Shown piece after piece: positions 56,540 through 64,000 of a stretch of DNA of 64,000 bases; position 1 is the first letter of the stretch, and every line of letters starts with the position of its first letter. The position numbers were made by a program, and so were the translations under genes. Source of the stretch: Eledone cirrhosa (lineage: Eukaryota); contig OZ024740.1 of NCBI GenBank assembly GCA_964016885.1, positions 355,260,001 through 355,324,000 on the forward strand, in the 5' to 3' direction. The notes under the pieces were generated by a model. That model made no database searches, was not told the origin of the DNA, and worked only from the letters and a program-made list of their open reading frames with translations.

Positions 56540-57350
56540 TATGCCAAGAGATTCATGCGTCAGAGACTGCTGGAAGTTTTACTGATATCAAGTACAACAA
56601 CACCGCTTTCACCAAAAGTTTGTATTATATCTTTCCTAGTCGGTGTTATTTGAGATAGCTACAACCTCAATTCTGTATAGGTCGAAATGCACGGAGGAAA
56701 GAAAAAAAAAATACATCCAACAAAATCACACGTTCGTTCAGTCAAATAAGACCCTGCTAACGTCAAAGTAGTTGTTCAGTTCGATCTTTTTTATCTACTC
56801 ACTGAAGTGGAGGGTTTTCCTTGTATGCATTAATATTTTGTGGTTCTCGTCATCAATGGATTGGATTCTATCTGCAGAGTCCAAGGTTCAATTTAATCGG
56901 TCATTGGAGATCGAAGTATTAAAATCAACAATGTCCCATTATATATACATAGTAGGGCAGCGGATTGGCAGTATCGATAGAGCGTCAGACAACATGCTTT
57001 TCAGCATAGAATTACGGCCCTTTATGATCTGAGTTCAAATCCCGCCGAGGTTAACTTTGCCTTTCATCCTTACGGGGTCGATAAAATAAAGTACCAGTAA
57101 TGTACTGGGATAATTGCTGGCCTTGTGCCAAAAGTAGAAACAATTATATATACGTAGTATATTTCTTATCATTGATATTGCTAAACCATCTAATTACTTC
57201 GTCCACTGATATCCACTGGTTAGGAGCCATCCTAATATTGATATCAAATTCCCTTAGTATGTTTTAAATAACTTGGCCATTTTCAAATGTGGCAGGGTTT
57301 ATCAATCTAAAATTCGGGTCGGAAGCGAAGATACATTTATTCAAAATGGA
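56540..57350 (-). pseudogene. Decayed PLE RT fragment split by a SINE
   Basis: PNFRLINPA..QWISVDEVIRWF, WDIVDFNTSIS and ILMHTRKTL..YFDV align by eye to the 16543-19005 protein; several stops. Confidence 0.7.
56954..57147 (+). mobile_element. tRNA-derived SINE
   Basis: Consensus match; flanked by near-duplicated attatatatac(a/g)tagta. Confidence 0.9.
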
Positions 57351-57865
57351 TGACTAAAGACACACATGCTTTCCTCATATGAAAAGTGTTTACCGTTTCT
57401 TCTTTTTCTTACTCTCGTTTATCCTTCTATTTTTTCTTCTATCTCTTATTCTATCTTCTGATGAAAACCTAACGTCCGAAATGGTAAGATACTTTTCTTA
57501 CCCTATATCATCATTGTACTGTATTATTCACACGTGTTGTTTTTCCTTGTTGACTTTTCGCTTACATGCATGTTGGAAGTCAATTGGAGACCCAGTATGA
57601 CCACTTCAAGGACTCAATAAATAAATATATAAAATTTCATGCTTGTATTTTTCAGCATAACGAAGTTTTTCTCAATCCCCGGCCACACGCTCGATGTGTT
57701 AGATCAATCTCGTTATAAAGAATTTTTCTTAACAACGTATTTTTTTTATACCCTGTGAATTTCGTTATAACAGAATTTCACTGTGTATATCTTAAATTTT
57801 GTATTCACTGAATTCCATCTTTATTATTCATGTTGTTCAGCTTACATGAGATATGCTTATATATT

Positions 57866-57988
<123 letters not shown>

Positions 57989-58272
57989 TCCAAATCGGGC
58001 GTTCAGGAATGTGGAGGTACCACATAGCTGTCACAACTCCCAAGTCTGCTCTGGTCCGGAGCAGTAGTACTTGTTAGGGTCCCATATATGGGTTAAATAA
58101 TTACTTTACTCGAGTGGCGTCGGTAAAGTATTACAAGCCATTGAATGGAACCATGGAGAATACAATTAACAGCACTAGGGTTAAAGCTCCTAACTGCACT
58201 GTCAAGGAGCAGTCAGATTGTTATGATTGTGCTCGTTTAAAGCCGTAAAGAGGACCGCGCACGCACACACAC

Positions 58273-58375
<103 letters not shown>

Positions 58376-58382
58376 TGCTTAC

Positions 58383-58459
58383 GCATGTGCTCAAGTATAG
58401 CTCTTTTTACAAAACGGTTTTTTTCCATTCCAGGTAGACGCGCTCCATCATCCACTTTT
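58383..58459 (-). CDS. Candidate further exon of the host gene
   Basis: ttttttag|...|gtaagc with one open frame KVDDGARLPGMEKNRFVKRAILEHM. Its phase does not join 56043 directly, so an intervening exon would be needed. Confidence 0.35.
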
Positions 58460-58604
58460 CTAAAAAATAAATCATACACAAAACGCCAGCACCAATAGTT
58501 TTGCAAGAGATGTCAACATGAATGGACCTGTTATTTTTTATCTAAAGACACTTTTTCCAATTCCATCCCGCCCGTCCCCTCAATCTATCTTATTTCTCAT
58601 CCTT

Positions 58605-58640
58605 TCTTCTGATGAAGGACTAGCGTCCGAAACATTAAGA
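58605..58640 (+). ncRNA. Minimal PLE-type hammerhead, probably decayed (related copy at 57452-57491)
   Basis: tctt-CTGATGA-a-ggac-tagc-gtcc-GAAAC-att-aaga. Confidence 0.55.
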
Positions 58641-58721
58641 CCCTCTTCCAGCTATATCAAGCGTTAACCTAATATATCCCTTCCATATACTGTACCGATT
58701 GTGTTGTTATTTCTGTTTACC

Positions 58722-58840
<119 letters not shown>

Positions 58841-58849
58841 TATATATAT

Positions 58850-58912
<63 letters not shown>

Positions 58913-58921
58913 TATATATAT

Positions 58922-58966
<45 letters not shown>

Positions 58967-59021
58967 GTACAGACTAAAGTTTAAGCAAAAAATCGCTGCA
59001 TTCATCCTTAACGGGATCTTG

Positions 59022-59215
59022 CGATGGATTGGCAGTATCGGTAGAGGGTCGGACACCATGCTTTGACGCATAGAATTACGGCCCTTGCCACTCTGAGTTC
59101 AAATCCCGCTGAGGTTAACTTTGCCTTTCATCCTTACGGGGTCGATAAAATAAAGTACCAGTAATGTACTGGATAATTGCTGGCCTTGTGCTAAATGTAG
59201 AAACAATTATTATTA
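59022..59215 (+). mobile_element. tRNA-derived SINE
   Basis: Consensus match. Confidence 0.9.
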
Positions 59216-59642
59216 CTATATATATCGCAAGCACCCTTTGGTCACGAATGACCATGGATTTGCAAATAGAATGTTCCTTCGAGGCACAAGCCCAAGTAAG
59301 GTGTTTGTGGAAGACCAGCTGTTGCCCATGCATACCAGCCTCCTCTCTCAACGCCACCGAAGCATGTCATTGCCATGCAAGCGATATTGTCAAAGAGAAA
59401 GGTAAAGGTTGTTATACTTTAGCACTAGTGAAAACGTAACTCAGTTTTTCCAGCTGAATTAACTGGAGCAACGTAAAATAAAGTGTCAGATAGATAGACG
59501 GATAGACAGAGATAGTTAGAAAGGTGAGTAGATGGATGTATTGAGAAAGCGAGAGCGAGGTAGGGAGAAAGTTATCAAATTGCCATTTTCCACAACGTGC
59601 TTGCGTTTTATCAATATGATACACACTGATATGCACGCGCGC

Positions 59643-59695
<53 letters not shown>

Positions 59696-60099
59696 GTATG
59701 CGGTGTTGAGACCGGGATGACCATAAATCAGGGTAGTACTCTATGCATGAGAAGGTGTAGAGTTGATATAAATGTATAAACCCGACCGCGACGCCAAGGG
59801 TTTCGGCTTGTATGTGGCAAGCCTTCCCAAGGATATACTGGGGTGTGAAGAATCTTTCTCAAATTTATGTAGAAAGTGATTTGGGGGAATGTGTGGAATT
59901 AAGTCACTTGTTGGGGCTGGTCAGTTCTATTAGTCAATGATGGTAGCATATGATCAGAGATGTCATTGTGAAAAGTTGGCGAAGAAATGTTGCACTGGGC
60001 TAAGAGAGAGGAGGGGTAGAGCATGGTCGGTATTTCATCACCGGCTAAACATTCTTCTTCATCGCCCACTTATTCATGGGAGGGTAGTGGGAGCAGAGT

Positions 60100-62600
60100 T
60101 CTCAAACACGCCTTCTAGTGGGTCCTGTCAGAGGAAATCGACTCCAGTTAATTTGGTTGGGTTCCCAAGCGAGACCAGCCGAACCCATGAATGTTATCCA
60201 ACTATCTTTCTCGGGGTCTGTCCTTGGGTCTCCTGCCACTTGGTTCTGCCCGTAAAAAATCTGTCCAGTGATTCTTTCCTAAGGCATCTTACCCACATGC
60301 CCGTAATATTGGAGCTGTGACCTCTCAAATAGGAGCGACTCTCTTACCACCTGGAGTTACTCTATCAAGTAACATTATTCCAAAGACTCTTCAGAGGAAC
60401 CCCATTTCGGTCGCTTGTATTCGCAATCGTATTCTTTCGGTCATTTGTTTATCCGAACATAAATATTAAGACATTCATATAGAGACATCAGGACAACAAT
60501 AAGATGGTCCCGTGGAACGTGGTTGCATGCTTTTTCTAGGTCTACGAAACAATCATACACCTCTTGTGAATACTCTCACGATTTCTCAAAGACCTGCCAC
60601 AGTGTAAATATCTGGTCGGCTGTGTTGCGTCCGGGGCGAATACTCACTGTTCATCAGCTAGCTTGGAATTGACAATATCCCTACATCAGACACATAGCAT
60701 AGATTTTACCGGAGAGGCCTAACAAGGAGATGCCTCAATAATCGGAGCAATCTCTCTTGTCTTCCTTTTTGAAAATTAAAATCATCGCTCCCATTGCCAT
60801 TGTTTAGGTGCCTTTCCAGAGATCCAGGCCACACAGCACACACAAGTCAGCCAGAGAATACCTTCTCCATTTAAATTTTTTAACATCTATGGTTGAATTT
60901 CATCCTCCCAGTGGCCTTGCCACATTCGAGCTCTTTAGCTGCTCGTGTGACCTCAGCCCCCGAAAGGATAATCATCGCTCCCAGATGCACTTCATTTATA
61001 TAAGATGCTGTTGCTACCGGGTTTAAGAGGTCAGCAAATTATTCCCTCCAGCTCGCGAGGATGCACCTTTCTGAAAAGAGAAACCCAGAAGCGTTCCTAA
61101 TAGTAGGCATATGGGGGCATATAACGAAGTCGGCGGATGGTCTGCCAGAATATTTTATTTTCTGATCTAAAGTCGGATCCCAGCTTAATCCCAAAGTCCT
61201 CCCATTTCTTACTGTCTCTGCTGCGACTTTTCGCGCTTGCTTGTACTACATATTCTCTTCTTATTCTTAATCGGTTTTAACCACAAGTACAAGAAGAAAG
61301 GCTTATTTCCAAAGTAGGATGTATAGGCCACCTTCTTTTTTCGGATGGCATCTGTTGATTGAACCAAGAGGTCCTCCTGTCACCCGGCGTCACACCAAGC
61401 CTTTTTTTTTGCCCGCAGCTGAAACAGAAATTGCTCAGCTAAACCGTCTCCACTCCATTTCATCATCCTCAGTTTGCTCAGGAAGTTCTCTGAATTTGGA
61501 TGCAATAGTATCCACATACCTGGTTCTGACTTTCTTCTCTGTAAACGCTCCCCACTTTATTCAGTAGGTCGAGCTGGATCTGCCATTTTTGTGGGCTTCA
61601 TTGGCTTCAGGCAGTCTCAGATGACGATCAGTTGACAGCTCAGCTCCTCGCTTAACACAAACATCCAGCACAGAATTGAAGAGATCAGAGACAATAACAA
61701 AATCAATTATTGATGTCTGTCCCTGATTCCCCGTGTACCGTGCTTGATTATGGATATTTTTGTACTGGAATGTGTTAATTATAGAGAGCCCAATACTAGA
61801 ACAAAAGTCTAATAAGGCCTCTCCATTTGTGTATAGATCGGGATCACCATTCCTTCCAATCACACCTTTCCATGTCAGGTGGTCAGTGCCAACATATGCA
61901 TTGAAGTCTCCCATTAGAATATATGACTCAGTCTTAACTCCATCTAATGCTGCAGTGACTTCATCAAGGACGGATCGGTATTCAGACTGATTGTTTGGCG
62001 CATAAACTTGCACCACCCACAGAGACTTCTCTTTCAGCCTAAGCTTCAAGAGGCAAAACTTCCTCCTGATGGGATCCAGTCCATAACACATTCTGACAGC
62101 CTGGCGCTTGTGAGAAGCCCCACTCCTGTCTGTGTATTCATTTCTGGTGCCACACTCGAATAGTGGAGTTTCCATCTTCCATCTAAATCATGGACGTTTG
62201 TTGAGGAAAACCCAACTATATCTAGCCGGTAGCATCTAGCCTCCTCCACTAGTTCCTGCTCCTTACTTGTAAGGGTTGGGATGTTCAAGGTTCTATTGGT
62301 TACGGTTTTATCCCTTCCAAACTGTGTTTTGGGTCCTGGGGGATTCGCAACCTTTTTGCATCCATCCCACGCCTCCCCGGGAAAGTCGCAGGTCCTTCAC
62401 TAGTTTTTGCAGCATGAGATCGAGAGTACAATATATTTTTAGAACAGGCGCCTCTACATAAGGCCTGAACGTATCCCTTGTTAACCTATGGGAAGGGCAA
62501 TGTGGTATGATTGTTTTTGTTGCCTCTAACCATATTGCAGTTTTGGTGGACTTATTCGCACCAGTCACCAATTTAGTTCTTTTCTCAGACCCTCGAAGAC
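60100..62600 (-). pseudogene. Decayed near-full-length RTE LINE (AP endonuclease plus RT)
   Basis: NIPTLTSKEQELVEEA..LDIVG, QVYAPN, ILMGDFNA.VG, SIIDFVIVS and LSTDRHL; RT remnants 60500-61000; RGRPR.W-type end near 60220. Confidence 0.8.
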
Positions 62601-63384
62601 TAGGCTTTCTTTAGAGGCGACTTTAATCGCCTCGCAGTAGCTACATTACTGAGATGTGAGAGTTTTTTCTTGTGAGCTATAGATGTCCCTACCCTAGTAG
62701 TTTACCACTGTTGGTACGGGGCTACTTATTCGTCCGGCAGGAGCCCGTTTATATCGCAACTAACCATCATATCTGGTTGTCGTATCGCTATCCGCCACCT
62801 ACAACCTGTTCTCTATTATAAATTAACAATTAGAAATTAAAAATTTTTTTTAATTTCTAATTGTTAATTTTTTAATTGTTTAATTTATAATTTCTGATTT
62901 GGGATTTAGGATTTTAATTTTTATTTCCAACTCTCACTCATAACTTCCAATGTAAAACCATGATACCTAGAATTAAGTATATTTTCTCTTGGGAGTTGAT
63001 GGTCAGTCGTACTGTCCATGCTTGGTGAGAGGTAGTATTGTGACCTGTAAACACTCTCCCATCCCCTCTGGCTTTCGGCTGACTGCCACAGACGGGACGG
63101 GTAGCAGTAAACTATGGTACAGGCCTAAATGGGTCATTGTTTGGCTGAGAGGGTGAACTGACTAAGCGAATTTCGTTGAAATCGGCGGTAGCTAATGGTC
63201 AACTTCCTTCGGACATGCGCCTGCGCAGACCGGTGGGGGTGAATTGGTACTCACAGGGGAACGGATGAAGAACCCAAAAGCACACACTTCGTCCGTTCCC
63301 ATGTCGATTCAACTTGGATTGTCTCGGAAACATAACCTTATTATGTAACAAGCTGTCTGATGATGTCACGACACTCGCACACAG

Positions 63385-63445
<61 letters not shown>

Positions 63446-64000
63446 TTCGTTTCTGAATTTGTTTAGCAAGATTCTTTATCTGAAATCGTGTGTTGAAACC
63501 GATATTGTTATACTTTGGGAGGGTCATGTTGCCAATAAGAAACACACGCACCAGTTGCTTTCACTTCAATTTATTATATATTTATAAATTTATAAATTTA
63601 CAAATCTACAAACTTATAAATTTCTGGTTGGTTGGTTGGTTCCACAACCAGATAGTTGTTTATATATAGTCATAGTCCTTTCGTCACACACTCTGTGACC
63701 TCTTCAGTGACTGGGGATTCCTTTCTTTGTTTCTGTGCCTTTCCTTTCTTCTATCCTACGCCATTTTGTTTCTGTGTGTGTGTTGTGTGCTCAGTTTGCG
63801 CATGCGCCACATCCGGGTGTCTGTGTGTGTTTGCGTTCATTTATCTATTTGTTTATTTATTTATTATTGGTTGGTTGTTTGTTCTATGTGTGTGTGTGTT
63901 TTCATTTTGTCCTTAATTGTAAGTTGTGATGTTGCTGTTCCACTCGTATTTTCTATTTAATTTTGGTTGTAATTCTTTTATGCTTACTGCCTCTGTAATT

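Noticed and set aside
56803-56871. Apparent AG/GT-bounded exon of the host gene
   Set aside because: Phase-incompatible with the next exon, and its peptide aligns to the PLE RT as part of a decayed element.

Overview
AT-rich eukaryotic DNA, most likely from an octopod cephalopod (inferred from about 12 copies of a tRNA-derived, Nin-domain-type SINE and dense (TA)n/(CA)n/(TACA)n microsatellite). Most ORF-track entries (poly-YI/CV/TH) are microsatellite artefacts. The centrepiece is a young 13.3-kb Penelope-like retroelement (PLE) insertion in (TA)n at 9717-23064. It has an uninterrupted RT + GIY-YIG ORF, microsatellite-filled pLTRs, a 5.2-kb inverted partial copy and three copies of a type-I hammerhead ribozyme (HHR) with a 115-nt stem II. 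Other PLE relics carry HHRs with similarly expanded stem II, including a U3-A8 core variant, and form foldback palindromes with fixed ends. The window also holds decayed CR1-group, RTE, R4/Dong-like, CRE-like and L1/Tx1-like LINEs, bipartite non-autonomous RTE derivatives, a non-autonomous LTR element with a tRNA-Trp PBS, a Chapaev3-like transposon, a head-to-tail Helitron dimer and a 175-bp perfect inverted repeat around a PHD-like ORF. The last exons of a minus-strand host gene with a SAM-like C-terminus are also present. All folding and alignment was done by eye; family names come from recalled motifs, not searches.
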